Shown: positions 27,972 to 37,088 of the stretch, piece by piece
Numbering within the stretch: the first letter of the stretch is position 1
Layout of the letters: every line of letters begins with the position of its first letter
Source: Klebsiella phage Magnus
DNA length: 64,000 bases
Sequence record: NC_049462.1
Direction: 5' to 3' (one strand)
Position numbers and translations under genes: made by a program
Notes under the pieces: model-generated
The model's database searches: none
Told to the model about the DNA's origin: nothing
What the model saw: the letters and a program-made list of their open reading frames with translations, nothing else

Positions 27972-28376
27972 ATGAAATCCATCTTCGTAAAAATTTGCTC
28001 TATTCTGATATCTATCCTGGTTGTTGTGTCCCTGGTTTCCGGTTATGTCGATATCGGAATCCCACCATTTGATGGTCTTGGGGTGGCGCTGGTTTACGTC
28101 AACATCGTGTTGTTGATATTGTTATCTATATTTCTTTTGTTCACTTTGGCGGAAGGTGGTAAATCCATTCTGAAGCAAGAAAAATTATTGGGTCAAAAGA
28201 CATCATATGCGTGGCGTAATACAGAGTCAGCGATCATATTCGTTGTAGTGGCGTTGACAGGACATATTATAACCGCTGTGTTGTATGCCATCGCAATTCT
28301 CATCTATCGGGCGTTTGAATATACCGCCCGCCTAGAATACAAAAAGTTGACTACCGTAAGTGGTAACGAAAAATAA
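27972..28376 (+). CDS. Integral membrane protein (about 4 TM helices)
   Basis: Hydrophobic segments ICSILISILVVVSLV, VALVYVNIVLLILLSIFLLF, IIFVVVALTGHIITAVLYAIAILIY. Confidence 0.5.
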   Translation: MKSIFVKICSILISILVVVSLVSGYVDIGIPPFDGLGVALVYVNIVLLILLSIFLLFTLAEGGKSILKQEKLLGQKTSYAWRNTESAIIFVVVALTGHIITAVLYAIAILIYRAFEYTARLEYKKLTTVSGNEK

Positions 28377-28401
28377 GAAAAGCCCCAAAAGGGGCTTTTT
28401 A
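28377..28401. terminator. Bidirectional terminator aaagccccAAAAggggcttttt between convergent genes
   Basis: 8-bp stem flanked by A-run and T-run. Confidence 0.6.
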
Positions 28402-29346
28402 ATTGCTGGCGACTCTCTTCAACATCCCCAACAGACTACTTTTTTCGGACGCCGTCAGGTTGTCATTGCCGAGAATATCCCTCTGGATGCCGATCGAGAT
28501 GCGCTCGAAGTCGGCCAGGCTTATTCCCGCCATATTGTTTACCAATTGATCGAGTTGCTTGTAGGCAAGAAGGGCTTCACCCGTGAAGTTGCCTTGCTCG
28601 AGCTTCTTATAAAGCTGCCCGGCCTTTGACGCAGCGGTTTCCCAATCTCCGGAAGCAAGAGCATCAGCAATACCCAGAGGAAGAAAGTCGCTGGCGAGGC
28701 TGCGTGTTTCATATTCTGTCTCCGATAGGACTTTGTTGTATGAGAATGAAATATTGTATTGGTTAAATTGATCTGTGGCACCTTTGTCAAGTTCAATAGA
28801 CGAGAAGTTTACAGGATGCGCTTCAACAATATAAACCCGGTGGACAACCTGATCTTCTGTGTCCAATTGTTCAATGCAAATATCGGTTACAAAATCTTCG
28901 TAATAACCCATCTTTGTAGTGAGAGGATCGAAGATTAAATTCTTCCATTTGTCCATAACAGACTTTTCATAATAGTCATTGGCCAAAAGGAATGAGAGTT
29001 CCAAATCAACGTTTGATTTGTTATTCGGCATTTTGATATGGTTGCCGTTATTATTCATAGGTGTCGTGTCGATACCGACACCTGGCAATGACGCAACCAT
29101 ACACATCATTTGGAGAGAACGAGAAGTTTGGTTTGTCCCTCCAAAGAATGCGTTTACGATACGCGCTGTGGAACGGAACAAGTCGCCAAATGACGTTGTA
29201 TCTGAGGTGTACGCTTGACCATCATTGGCTAATGTAGCATTAGAGTCAAAGATGCCTGCAGGCAAGGGGATAGTCACCTGGAATCTGTTCTTCCTTGACA
29301 GACCGCGCTGCAACATCTGTGTAATAAAATTGCGATAGTCTTCCAC
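28399..29346 (-). CDS. Late-expressed structural-type protein (tail/baseplate candidate)
   Basis: Preceded on minus strand by TATAAATA (29381-29388) and GGAG RBS with GTG start at 29346 (track ORF starts at TTG 29406 upstream of the promoter); no confident family assignment. Confidence 0.45.
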   Translation of the reverse strand: MEDYRNFITQMLQRGLSRKNRFQVTIPLPAGIFDSNATLANDGQAYTSDTTSFGDLFRSTARIVNAFFGGTNQTSRSLQMMCMVASLPGVGIDTTPMNNNGNHIKMPNNKSNVDLELSFLLANDYYEKSVMDKWKNLIFDPLTTKMGYYEDFVTDICIEQLDTEDQVVHRVYIVEAHPVNFSSIELDKGATDQFNQYNISFSYNKVLSETEYETRSLASDFLPLGIADALASGDWETAASKAGQLYKKLEQGNFTGEALLAYKQLDQLVNNMAGISLADFERISIGIQRDILGNDNLTASEKSSLLGMLKRVASN

Positions 29347-29380
29347 GATGAGGACTCCACTTAAATAATAGATCTGAAGG

Positions 29381-29388
29381 TATTTATA
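29381..29388 (-). promoter_or_regulatory. T4-type late promoter TATAAATA (minus strand)
   Basis: Plus-strand TATTTATA at 29381-29388; perfect match to T4 late consensus; about 35 nt upstream of GTG start. Confidence 0.5.
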
Positions 29389-29399
29389 GGAGTTGACAA

Positions 29400-30107
29400 A
29401 TGGCAAAGAATGCGATGGGTGAAGAAGATCCGCTGCTGCTTCCAGCCGAAATGGATGCTCCCGAATTGGTGAAGCGCTACATCCGAAAGTACCGCCAGCA
29501 CTTCGGGGCCGAAGCCAAGCGTAATATTCGCCGCTCCCACGTGTGGTTCATGGAACGTGTGTCTAAGGATGCCAACCTGACCCCACAGCATATGATGAAA
29601 GCATTTGCTGAGAACAAGCGCCCGGTACAGGGTGTCCGCTATATGATCGGACGCATGTTCTATTTCAAATATGATGCCCTGACAAAAGAAGAGTTGCCAT
29701 ACTGGGACATGTATCCCTTGGTATTTTTCTTCAATTTTGCCAAGGGGGATGGGATTAATTTTGGTGAGCGTGGCGTGACTTATCTGTGGGGGCTTAACCT
29801 TCATTATCTTCCACCAAAACTCCGGCTTTTGGTATTTGAAGACCTGATTAAATTGAGGAATGAAAGGGCATATCGTTCCAAAACCCGTTTGCGATTAACG
29901 TGGGATGCATTGAAACGGTTCGCCAACCATCCTCTGTATGAACATTGCGTCAAACTTTACAGGGCTGATCGGTTCAGAACACAGCTTTATGAAATCGAAC
30001 CACAATATTGGGAAGTTGTCCTCTTTATGCGTACTGCACGCTTCCAGAAACAAAGCCAGGCCAGCGTCTGGAAGGATGCTCGCATGCGCCATAAACCCAA
30101 AAAGTGA
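29400..30107 (+). CDS. Hypothetical basic protein
   Basis: AGGAG RBS 8 nt upstream; 235 aa; divergent from the late gene. Confidence 0.45.
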   Translation: MAKNAMGEEDPLLLPAEMDAPELVKRYIRKYRQHFGAEAKRNIRRSHVWFMERVSKDANLTPQHMMKAFAENKRPVQGVRYMIGRMFYFKYDALTKEELPYWDMYPLVFFFNFAKGDGINFGERGVTYLWGLNLHYLPPKLRLLVFEDLIKLRNERAYRSKTRLRLTWDALKRFANHPLYEHCVKLYRADRFRTQLYEIEPQYWEVVLFMRTARFQKQSQASVWKDARMRHKPKK

Positions 30108-30173
30108 TTAGTTCTATAACCCGTTTGCAGCGATAATTCGCGAACGGGTTCCCTTCAACAATGAGGCTTTACA

Positions 30174-30908
30174 ATGTCTACTATTTATCGTATTCTCGGT
30201 ATTGAATTTACACCGGCTCGTCTTGACGCAACACATCCGTTATCTAAAGGAAAGACTGGTTTTGAAATCGGCCGGGATTCTTTCTACAAAAACGGTAAAG
30301 TGCCCCCGACTTTTGCTTCCATGATTCGTGCTATGGGAATCAGCGAAGATTCAGAAGCCGAATATGATATGAAAGACCTGCTACGCATCGGCGATAGTGA
30401 AACAATCGACTTCGTGCAGGATTTTATCACAGGATGGTCGCACTCCAGTGATTTGAAGAATAAGGCTAACAAAACGTTGGGCTGTTTTTCATATGCGGTT
30501 GAATATCTCTGTTCAAGAAGCCAAACAATTGAATTCTTCAGGGACGATCTGTTATCGGCTCTTGGTGAATCCGATTTGAGGTTAGTGGATTCTGAAAACC
30601 GTGATTCTAACCTGCGTGACGCGATTGAATCCAATGAAGTTCATATCGTCAAGGAACGCAATATCTTTTTCGGTGGGACCCAGGGGTTCAAGATCCACCC
30701 TGACCTGGTTTACACTGACGAAGTTTGCCGTACTCTCACGAAGTTCTTCGGCAAAATTAATGATTCGTTATATGTCGCTATCGCTTTGATTATGCAAGAA
30801 GAACATTTCGAATCCAAAGTTCGCCAAATTCGTGAACACGTGATCGCAGGAAGTGATTTCAGATTGACCGAACCAAGTGAAATGCCCAATTTCTTTGATA
30901 AAAAATAA
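30174..30908 (+). CDS. Hypothetical protein
   Basis: 244-aa ORF, no recognisable motif. Confidence 0.45.
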   Translation: MSTIYRILGIEFTPARLDATHPLSKGKTGFEIGRDSFYKNGKVPPTFASMIRAMGISEDSEAEYDMKDLLRIGDSETIDFVQDFITGWSHSSDLKNKANKTLGCFSYAVEYLCSRSQTIEFFRDDLLSALGESDLRLVDSENRDSNLRDAIESNEVHIVKERNIFFGGTQGFKIHPDLVYTDEVCRTLTKFFGKINDSLYVAIALIMQEEHFESKVRQIREHVIAGSDFRLTEPSEMPNFFDKK

Positions 30909-30932
30909 TCTGCCGCGCGCCTGGAGATGTCT

Positions 30933-31244
30933 ATGAGAAGGTATTTGAGGCTTAATACAGTTCTAGAATCATTGATAGAATTTTATATCTTACAACATCT
31001 CCGTTCAGGAAACGAGCACATTGACGACTTCCTCTTGTATGATCACCAGATAACGATCCATTCAGTTGAAGTCGTTGATGACGATCTGCTCCTGGCCAAC
31101 ATAGAGCACAGTCTGTATGACAACCAGGCGGGTAAATATTGTGCTCCGGCATTTTCTCAGGTAGAGATAACACCATGCTGGCCTGCCGAAAAAGTTTTCA
31201 ATATAGACGATGTGGTTTATGATGAAGCGAACTCTTTCAGATAG
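30933..31244 (+). CDS. Hypothetical protein
   Basis: ATG 6 nt after GGAG. Confidence 0.35.
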   Translation: MRRYLRLNTVLESLIEFYILQHLRSGNEHIDDFLLYDHQITIHSVEVVDDDLLLANIEHSLYDNQAGKYCAPAFSQVEITPCWPAEKVFNIDDVVYDEANSFR

Positions 31245-31381
31245 AGGGTTGTGAAGAAAGTTTGTTATCTGAACATTCTTTTTATAGAAAGTGGTTTACA
31301 ATCTTCAAAACTACAGTATAGTTGAAAACAAGCGAAACGGCTTTGTCAGCCGACCGATTTACAACATATAGGATCTACACT

Positions 31382-32293
31382 ATGTCTTACATTCTCCATA
31401 TTGAGTCCGGCCTGAAATTTGATATTGAAGGTAAAACTGCGTCTGACGTCCAGTCCGAAATCAAAGACGCTGGTCTGCTGATCGGTAACGTAACCATCCG
31501 CCGTATGCTTGACGGCGTCCTGCAAAGTGCCAACGGGTTTGAGCTGATCGATTCCCTGTCTCAAGAAGAGCAGGAAGAAACCCTGGAGGCTCTCGACCGT
31601 GCGAAGGCCGAAGAAGTCCAGCCGACTGACGTTGCTGGCGTGAAAGAAGGCGCTGGCGCTGCCACTCCGGTTATTGACGCCAAAGAAACCGTTGACCAGC
31701 CGGAAGCGGAACAAACTGCAAACTCCGAAGAATCTACGGAAACTGCTGAACAGGCTGACCCGCAGGAAGTAGAAGCTGTGGCAAACGCAGATGAAGTCCG
31801 CCGCCGTATCCTGGGCACTAACGTGGCAGAAGCGCTGGCCGAAGGTGGCAATGCCGCCGAAGACGCTTCCCTGGCCGCGAAATCTAAGCTGACCAACCTG
31901 ACCCCGGCAGTTGCGCCGGAAGATCGCAAACGTCGCCATAACAAACGCGAAGAAATGGTTGAAGCCGCACGTTCTTCCAATTTCGGCGCGATCCTGGCAG
32001 CAGTAGAAGCAGGCGTCATTCCGGGTGTTTACCTGAGCTATGTCAATCCGGATATGCGCTGGTTCCAGTTCCCGGTCACCGACCTGGCTGATAAAGAAAA
32101 CCCGCATGCGCGGACTAACACCTACGTCGATCTGGCGCCGATCACTTCCGGCGGCTGGGGTTTCAGTCTGTACGTGAAAGGTAAATCTTTCACCAAACGC
32201 CAGAAAATCAAAGAGACCGATGCGGAATCTCTGGTTAAAGCGATCAATGAATGGTTGCCGGGCGCTCTGGAAGAAGCCAAAAACGCAGGCTGA
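31382..32293 (+). CDS. Hypothetical protein with long acidic Ala/Glu-rich low-complexity linker
   Basis: Globular N- and C-terminal parts separated by EEQEETLEALDRAKAEEVQPTDVAG...AEQTANSEESTETAEQADPQEVEAVANADE. Confidence 0.45.
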   Translation: MSYILHIESGLKFDIEGKTASDVQSEIKDAGLLIGNVTIRRMLDGVLQSANGFELIDSLSQEEQEETLEALDRAKAEEVQPTDVAGVKEGAGAATPVIDAKETVDQPEAEQTANSEESTETAEQADPQEVEAVANADEVRRRILGTNVAEALAEGGNAAEDASLAAKSKLTNLTPAVAPEDRKRRHNKREEMVEAARSSNFGAILAAVEAGVIPGVYLSYVNPDMRWFQFPVTDLADKENPHARTNTYVDLAPITSGGWGFSLYVKGKSFTKRQKIKETDAESLVKAINEWLPGALEEAKNAG

Positions 32294-32322
32294 TTTTAAA
32301 TCAGATTCCGTTCAATAGACGA

Positions 32323-32345
32323 AGGGGCTGCTATAATAGCAGCCT
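32323..32345 (+). terminator. Hairpin ggctgcTATAATagcagcc + T-run (terminator with embedded -10; TTCAAT 16 nt upstream)
   Basis: Stem ggctgct/agcagcc, loop ATAAT, then tctttt. Confidence 0.5.
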
Positions 32346-32367
32346 CTTTTGTTTATTGGGGCTTTGT

Positions 32368-33030
32368 ATGTCTTATACGATCAAAGGTCTGTTGAAAAGA
32401 CCTGTCCATTTGTTCCATAAACCGCCTGCCGTTGTCGGGGAATACCCGGCAAGAGGAGAGCTTTATTATGTCAAAGGCTCCAACGGTAGTGGCAAGTCTA
32501 CCGTTCCGTCCTGGATGGCGGAGAATGATCCTCAGGCATATGTCGTGACCCACAATGGTAAGGTGATGCTGACCGTTTGCCCATCATTTAATATCATCTG
32601 TGTTGGTAAGTACGACAAATCGAAATCCAAAGGGGTTGACTCTCTAAAAGACACAGAACAGATGCTATTCGCTGTGTCTATCACCGAGCAACCTGAATAC
32701 ATCGGGTATGATGTGATCTTTGAAGGTATTATCCCTGCTACTTTGCTCAATACGTGGATTGAACGTCTAAACCGCCCGACCCGCCGCCTTGTGGTTCTGT
32801 TCTTGGATACCCCCAAGGAAGTATGCCTGGCACGTGTGAGTTCTCGCAATGGTGGTGAAGACTTCAAACACGAACTCGTCCTGGAGAAATGGAAGCGTGT
32901 CAACTCTCACCGAGAGCGGCATAAAGAGTTGTTCCCTAACATTCCTGCGGGTATGATGAAGTCTAATGGTCTGACCGTTGATCAGGCCGTATCTGCGTTT
33001 CTCAATCGTGATTTTGGGAGTATTGATTGA
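32368..33030 (+). CDS. Polynucleotide-kinase-like P-loop kinase; candidate 5-hydroxymethyl-pyrimidine DNA/nucleotide kinase of a base-modification pathway
   Basis: Walker A YVKGSNGSGKSTV (compare T4 Pnk GCPGSGKST); stop overlaps start of TS-like gene (TGATG); first gene of the coupled operon. Confidence 0.55.
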   Translation: MSYTIKGLLKRPVHLFHKPPAVVGEYPARGELYYVKGSNGSGKSTVPSWMAENDPQAYVVTHNGKVMLTVCPSFNIICVGKYDKSKSKGVDSLKDTEQMLFAVSITEQPEYIGYDVIFEGIIPATLLNTWIERLNRPTRRLVVLFLDTPKEVCLARVSSRNGGEDFKHELVLEKWKRVNSHRERHKELFPNIPAGMMKSNGLTVDQAVSAFLNRDFGSID

Positions 33031-34073
33031 TGGAAATTTTTGCTTTAAACAACAACGACATGCTGAAGAAAGCTGTCCTGGCTATTCGTGAACATGGGAT
33101 TGAGTCTGATCCCGGTAATGCGGAGATTAATACTGATGGCACCCGGTTTCTTGATGGCGTGACCATAACCGTCTCGGACATCCGTGACCGCTGGCTTTCC
33201 GTTGAAGGTCGCAATTCTTCTGCGCTGGCTGCTATTGGCGAGACCTTCTGGGTTCTGTCAGGCCGCAATGACATCCGTTTCCTTTCCCGAGTACTCCCCC
33301 GCGCGGCCAACTTCTCTGACGATGGTGTAACCTGGCGCGGCGCGTATGGCCCACGCCTGTACAATCACGGGCAGCTGGATAGCGTTATCAGCCGTCTACG
33401 CAAGAATCCAAATACCCGCCAGGCGTATCTGACAATCTACGACCCGGCGCTGGACTCTGATGAAGGTTTGGCTGCTCATAATGAAACAGGCGAAGCCAAG
33501 ACCAAGGACATGATCTGTAATCTGGCTCTTTTGTTCTCTATTACAAACGGCTGTCTGAACATGACTGTCATCAACCGTAGCCAGGATGTTCTTTGGGGAA
33601 TGTCTTCGATTAACTTCATTGAATTCTCTATTCTTCAAGAAGTGATCGCTAATGTTTTGGGCGTTAATGTCGGCCAGTACAAGTTGTTCTCCAACAATCT
33701 TCATTACTACAACAATGAAGTAAGTCGTAAACAGCTTGGTGGTATCACCTGGAAAACACAAACTTCTACTGGAGGCCTGGTGTGTTCTTTGCTGTCTTTC
33801 AATCGTGACAAAGTAAAGAACCAGAACGACATCCGCAACCTGTTCCTGGGCGTCCTACACCATTGCGATATCGGAAGCGACTTTGGTGAAGTCCGGGAGC
33901 ATCTTTCTCAGTTTGATGCTGACAAAGGGCTTATGCTAGATATGGCTTATTGTCTATGGTGTCGCCTAAACGATTCGAAGATCGATAAACGCAGCATTGC
34001 TGATGACGGTTTACGGACAGCATTAATGCATTCTTCGGTTGATCGGAAATATATTTGGGGACAAGGCGAATGA
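33030..34073 (+). CDS. Thymidylate synthase-family pyrimidine hydroxymethylase (dUMP/dCMP hydroxymethylase-like), 348 aa
   Basis: Aligns to the ThyA core: KNPNTRQAYLTIYDP (TS: NDPDSRRIIVSAWN), catalytic Cys in DMICNLALLFSI (TS: PPCHALFQFY), NRSQDVLWGMSSINFIEF (TS: QRSCDVFLGLPFNIASY), NLHYY (TS: DTHLY with Asp to Asn change); Asn retained at the uracil-specifying position. Confidence 0.7.
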   Translation: MEIFALNNNDMLKKAVLAIREHGIESDPGNAEINTDGTRFLDGVTITVSDIRDRWLSVEGRNSSALAAIGETFWVLSGRNDIRFLSRVLPRAANFSDDGVTWRGAYGPRLYNHGQLDSVISRLRKNPNTRQAYLTIYDPALDSDEGLAAHNETGEAKTKDMICNLALLFSITNGCLNMTVINRSQDVLWGMSSINFIEFSILQEVIANVLGVNVGQYKLFSNNLHYYNNEVSRKQLGGITWKTQTSTGGLVCSLLSFNRDKVKNQNDIRNLFLGVLHHCDIGSDFGEVREHLSQFDADKGLMLDMAYCLWCRLNDSKIDKRSIADDGLRTALMHSSVDRKYIWGQGE

Positions 34074-34636
34074 TGTATCCTAATCTTGAATTTTTCACGG
34101 GGCGCAAGCGCTCCGGTAAGGACTTCTGCCTGGAGTCCATTATTGAAGCAGACCGGGGTATCCGTGTCGTTCATCGTCTTTCTTTCTCTGATGAGTTGCG
34201 CCGGGTGGCCAATTACATTTACCCTTGGCTCCCGGTTGACGTAGATGATTCCATCAAGGATCTGCCGTTCTCACATCCGGATAACGTACACAACCTGTCG
34301 CCAAGGCAGATCTGGCTCCATCTGGGCAACGATAAGGGTGGTTTGCGCTATGTACAACCCGATCTGTTCCTGGCGTTCTTTAAACGCTTCCAGTTGCCTC
34401 TCGTGGAGGCTAACCCTGGTGTGCACTATATCGTGAGCGACCTGCGTACTCCGCAGGAATATAATTGGGCGCTGAGTACTAAATGTCCCATCACGCGCAT
34501 TTCAAAGCCCAATCGTTCTGGTATAGTAGAGGATGACGTTGAGGCCTATATCGACCAAATGGTTGTTGATTATGATTATGTCAACAACTTTGAAGGTCGT
34601 AACAATTTTGTTGAATTCTACAGGAACAGAAAATGA
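34070..34636 (+). CDS. gp1: Deoxynucleoside monophosphate kinase (T4 gp1-like)
   Basis: FFTGRKRSGKDFCLESIIE (T4 gp1: FLSGVKRSGKDTTADFIMS); overlaps neighbours at both ends. Confidence 0.7.
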   Translation: MMYPNLEFFTGRKRSGKDFCLESIIEADRGIRVVHRLSFSDELRRVANYIYPWLPVDVDDSIKDLPFSHPDNVHNLSPRQIWLHLGNDKGGLRYVQPDLFLAFFKRFQLPLVEANPGVHYIVSDLRTPQEYNWALSTKCPITRISKPNRSGIVEDDVEAYIDQMVVDYDYVNNFEGRNNFVEFYRNRK

Positions 34637-35187
34637 TAACAGCAGATCATATTAAAAGTCTGCTCGAACTCCAAAAGGCCACTAACGTGGCCTACTTCGG
34701 GGAAGAGTGGAAAAACGTATGGAGCCAAAACGCAGTCGTCAACTCTATTTATCGTGAATGGGCAGAATTCCTCGATGAAACGACTGCTGATTGGAAGGTT
34801 TACGGTAATGACATCGGGTTTCACCATACGAACGCAGTTTATGAACTGGTCGACGTGGTTCATTTCATGTTGTGCTTCGTTCTATTGGACCGCACCAAAG
34901 GCGAGATAGAAGAAGAATTTGAAATTCTTGGTAGCCGCGAATTCACTCCATTTGCTTTGGGTGCTGTTGGACATCGAGGTGTGACGTACCGCCTTGGGCA
35001 GTTCATGGATGACCCTTGTGTTGAGACTCTCATGTTTTTCCTGTCGTTTGCGTGTTCTTACATGGAGATCGACATTGAGACCTACATGCTGGCGCACAAA
35101 CGCAAAAATGATCGTAATCGGCTGCGCGCTGCAGGCGGCGCTGACTACGACAAATCCAAAGAAATCCCTCTGACCCTGGAGTTCTAA
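34633..35187 (+). CDS. MazG-like all-alpha NTP pyrophosphohydrolase (candidate dUTP/dTTP- or dCTP-excluding enzyme)
   Basis: MazG core: ...EWAEFLDETTADWKVYG...AVYELVDVVHFMLCFVLL (E..E..ExxD metal-binding helices). Confidence 0.55.
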   Translation: MITADHIKSLLELQKATNVAYFGEEWKNVWSQNAVVNSIYREWAEFLDETTADWKVYGNDIGFHHTNAVYELVDVVHFMLCFVLLDRTKGEIEEEFEILGSREFTPFALGAVGHRGVTYRLGQFMDDPCVETLMFFLSFACSYMEIDIETYMLAHKRKNDRNRLRAAGGADYDKSKEIPLTLEF

Positions 35188-35705
35188 TGTTTACGATTAA
35201 CATCTCCATCTCGGCCGATAACCTTGAGTCATCGGTCAGCAATTTCATTGAGCACATGAAGCCCTTGGGACATGTGATACTCAATTGCACATTAGACGTT
35301 GAAGGCGGGGTTGCGGAGATGTTATTTACGACACCCTCTCCAACAGACGCATTCGTCTTAATTGAGCGCTGGGCATCGGAGGACATTCCTGTTCCAGCGC
35401 CGTTGCAGGATATCTATTTCAGTGAGACGATTTATTCACTCCATACCATGCCCAAAGATGTTAGCCAGGCTGATATTGTTCGTCTGATTAATCATAACAT
35501 GAACTTTGGGTGTATCGTTCGGCGTGATAACTATCGTTTACGCAATCATTTCCTGTATGATAACCAGAACAAAGTGGATGAAGATTCATTATTATCCATC
35601 AAATCGATGCAGGAAGCGATTAATATTTTGTCTAAGAAGGTTCTGGGTGCAGAATTATTAACCACAATTAACAAACAAGAGGAAGTAAAATGGCCAGTTC
35701 ATTAA
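35187..35705 (+). CDS. Hypothetical protein (member of modification/recombination operon)
   Basis: TAATG overlap upstream, 16-nt overlap with uvsX. Confidence 0.45.
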   Translation: MFTINISISADNLESSVSNFIEHMKPLGHVILNCTLDVEGGVAEMLFTTPSPTDAFVLIERWASEDIPVPAPLQDIYFSETIYSLHTMPKDVSQADIVRLINHNMNFGCIVRRDNYRLRNHFLYDNQNKVDEDSLLSIKSMQEAINILSKKVLGAELLTTINKQEEVKWPVH

Positions 35706-36775
35706 TGGATCGCATGTTGAAAGTTGCTAAGAAACATGACGATCAGGCTTCGGTATTGTCTCAGTCAGACGCGCTGGACCCGAAAATTATCTGCTCGACT
35801 GGTATTCCCCTTATTGATATCGCCTGGTCCGGGCGTGTTGATGGCGGTCTGATCTCTGGTATCAAAATGATGGTCGGTGATTCTCGTACATTCAAAACGA
35901 TGTTCGGCCTGGTTGACGTCAAAGCGTACATGGATAAATTCCCCGACGCGATCTGTGTATTCGCCGATTCCGAAAAGGGTGCCAACGCAGACTACTGGAC
36001 ATCCATGGGCATTGACATGGATCGTGTTCTGTATGTCCCGATCGATAACGTTGAACAGACCAAGATCCGTCTGTTGCAGATTCTTCAGGAAGTGAAGAAA
36101 GGCGATAAAGTAATCGTGTTCATCGACTCTATCAGCCAGTTACCTTCCACCAAAGAGGTAGAAGACGCCATCGCGGGCAAAGATACCCAGGACATGACCC
36201 GCGCCCGCGCCCTCAACAGCTTCTGGCGCGTCATTACACCTGAGATCAACAGCAAAGAGCTGGTGTTGGTCTGGATCAACTCGTATTATGATGAAATTGG
36301 CAACCAATATGCTGAGCCTAACATCAAAGGCGGAAAGCAGGGATTCCTATCATCTAACCTGATTTGGTTCATCACCCGTTCCCAGGTAAAAGAAGACAAA
36401 GACCTGCTGGGATGGAACTTCAACATCGGCATCATGAAAGGTCGCCATGTTAAAGAGAAAGCCAAACTCCCTGTCACGGTTCTGTATGATGGTGGTATTG
36501 ATCGTTGGAGCGGCATGCTGGAAATTTCTCGGGCGCTTGGCTATGTCGATATGCCGACTTCTGGCTGGTATGTCCGGACAGCCAAAGGTGGATTTGATCC
36601 GGAAAAAGAGAAGAAATATCAGAAGCGTCAAATGGATGATGACTTTTGGTATCCGCTTCTGGAAAACCCGGACTTCGCCGATGACGTTAAAAAGATGTTC
36701 GGCGTTTCCAACGGTACTGTTATGCCTGCGAACATGCTGGAGCAGATGGACCATGTTATCAACACCAGTGAATAA
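35690..36775 (+). CDS. uvsX: UvsX recombinase (RecA/Rad51 family)
   Basis: Walker A-like GDSRTFKT, Walker B VIVFIDSIS, overall collinearity and length (361 aa) with T4 UvsX; GAGGAAG RBS. Confidence 0.85.
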   Translation: MASSLMDRMLKVAKKHDDQASVLSQSDALDPKIICSTGIPLIDIAWSGRVDGGLISGIKMMVGDSRTFKTMFGLVDVKAYMDKFPDAICVFADSEKGANADYWTSMGIDMDRVLYVPIDNVEQTKIRLLQILQEVKKGDKVIVFIDSISQLPSTKEVEDAIAGKDTQDMTRARALNSFWRVITPEINSKELVLVWINSYYDEIGNQYAEPNIKGGKQGFLSSNLIWFITRSQVKEDKDLLGWNFNIGIMKGRHVKEKAKLPVTVLYDGGIDRWSGMLEISRALGYVDMPTSGWYVRTAKGGFDPEKEKKYQKRQMDDDFWYPLLENPDFADDVKKMFGVSNGTVMPANMLEQMDHVINTSE

Positions 36776-37082
36776 CAATGGAGGGGGAGTCACCTCCCCC
36801 GTTAATTACGAACTCATCGACCCCGGTGAAGGCCAAATATCCATCATCCACATTTTGGAGGGCCAATTCCGTGGTGTCAAATTCCGTATTGGGAAAGTAT
36901 CCTGGGAATGGTCTGATGACGCACCCCGGCTTATTTTCACCACGGATATTTTGAAGAAACCTTGGCGTCTTTTCTTTAATGATTTGAAAAATAACGACTT
37001 GTTCACTGAAGTGTCAGGCCGTATCTTATTAGACTTAATGCAGAAGAACGCTCAGGAATACAACAAAATTTTGGTGGGGTAG
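36753..37082 (+). CDS. Small hypothetical protein between uvsX and gp41 (position of T4 gene 40)
   Basis: In-frame ATG at 36753 overlapping the uvsX 3' end; well-formed 109-aa reading frame to 37082; start uncertain (a GC hairpin ggagggggagtcacctccccc lies inside). Confidence 0.35.
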   Translation: MLSTPVNNNGGGVTSPVNYELIDPGEGQISIIHILEGQFRGVKFRIGKVSWEWSDDAPRLIFTTDILKKPWRLFFNDLKNNDLFTEVSGRILLDLMQKNAQEYNKILVG

Positions 37083-37088
37083 TTGCCA

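Noticed and set aside
31346-32107. 253-aa minus-strand ORF and 152-aa ORF (31561-32019)
   Set aside because: They are antisense to the acidic low-complexity plus-strand gene. These are low-complexity mirror ORFs (Ala/Ser/Arg rich), typical artefacts.
33030-34073. Calling the TS-family gene a plain thymidylate synthase (td)
   Set aside because: It is about 80 aa longer than ThyA. It has Asn where ThyA has the conserved Asp of the DTHLY motif, and RQ instead of the N-terminal RR pair. A Pnk-like kinase, dNMP kinase and MazG are encoded in the same operon, which fits a hydroxymethylase/modification role better. This is still unproven.
36447-37082. 211-aa plus-strand ORF as a single gene
   Set aside because: Its 5' two thirds lie out of frame inside uvsX. 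Only the 3' portion after an internal ATG at 36753 is plausible as a separate small gene.
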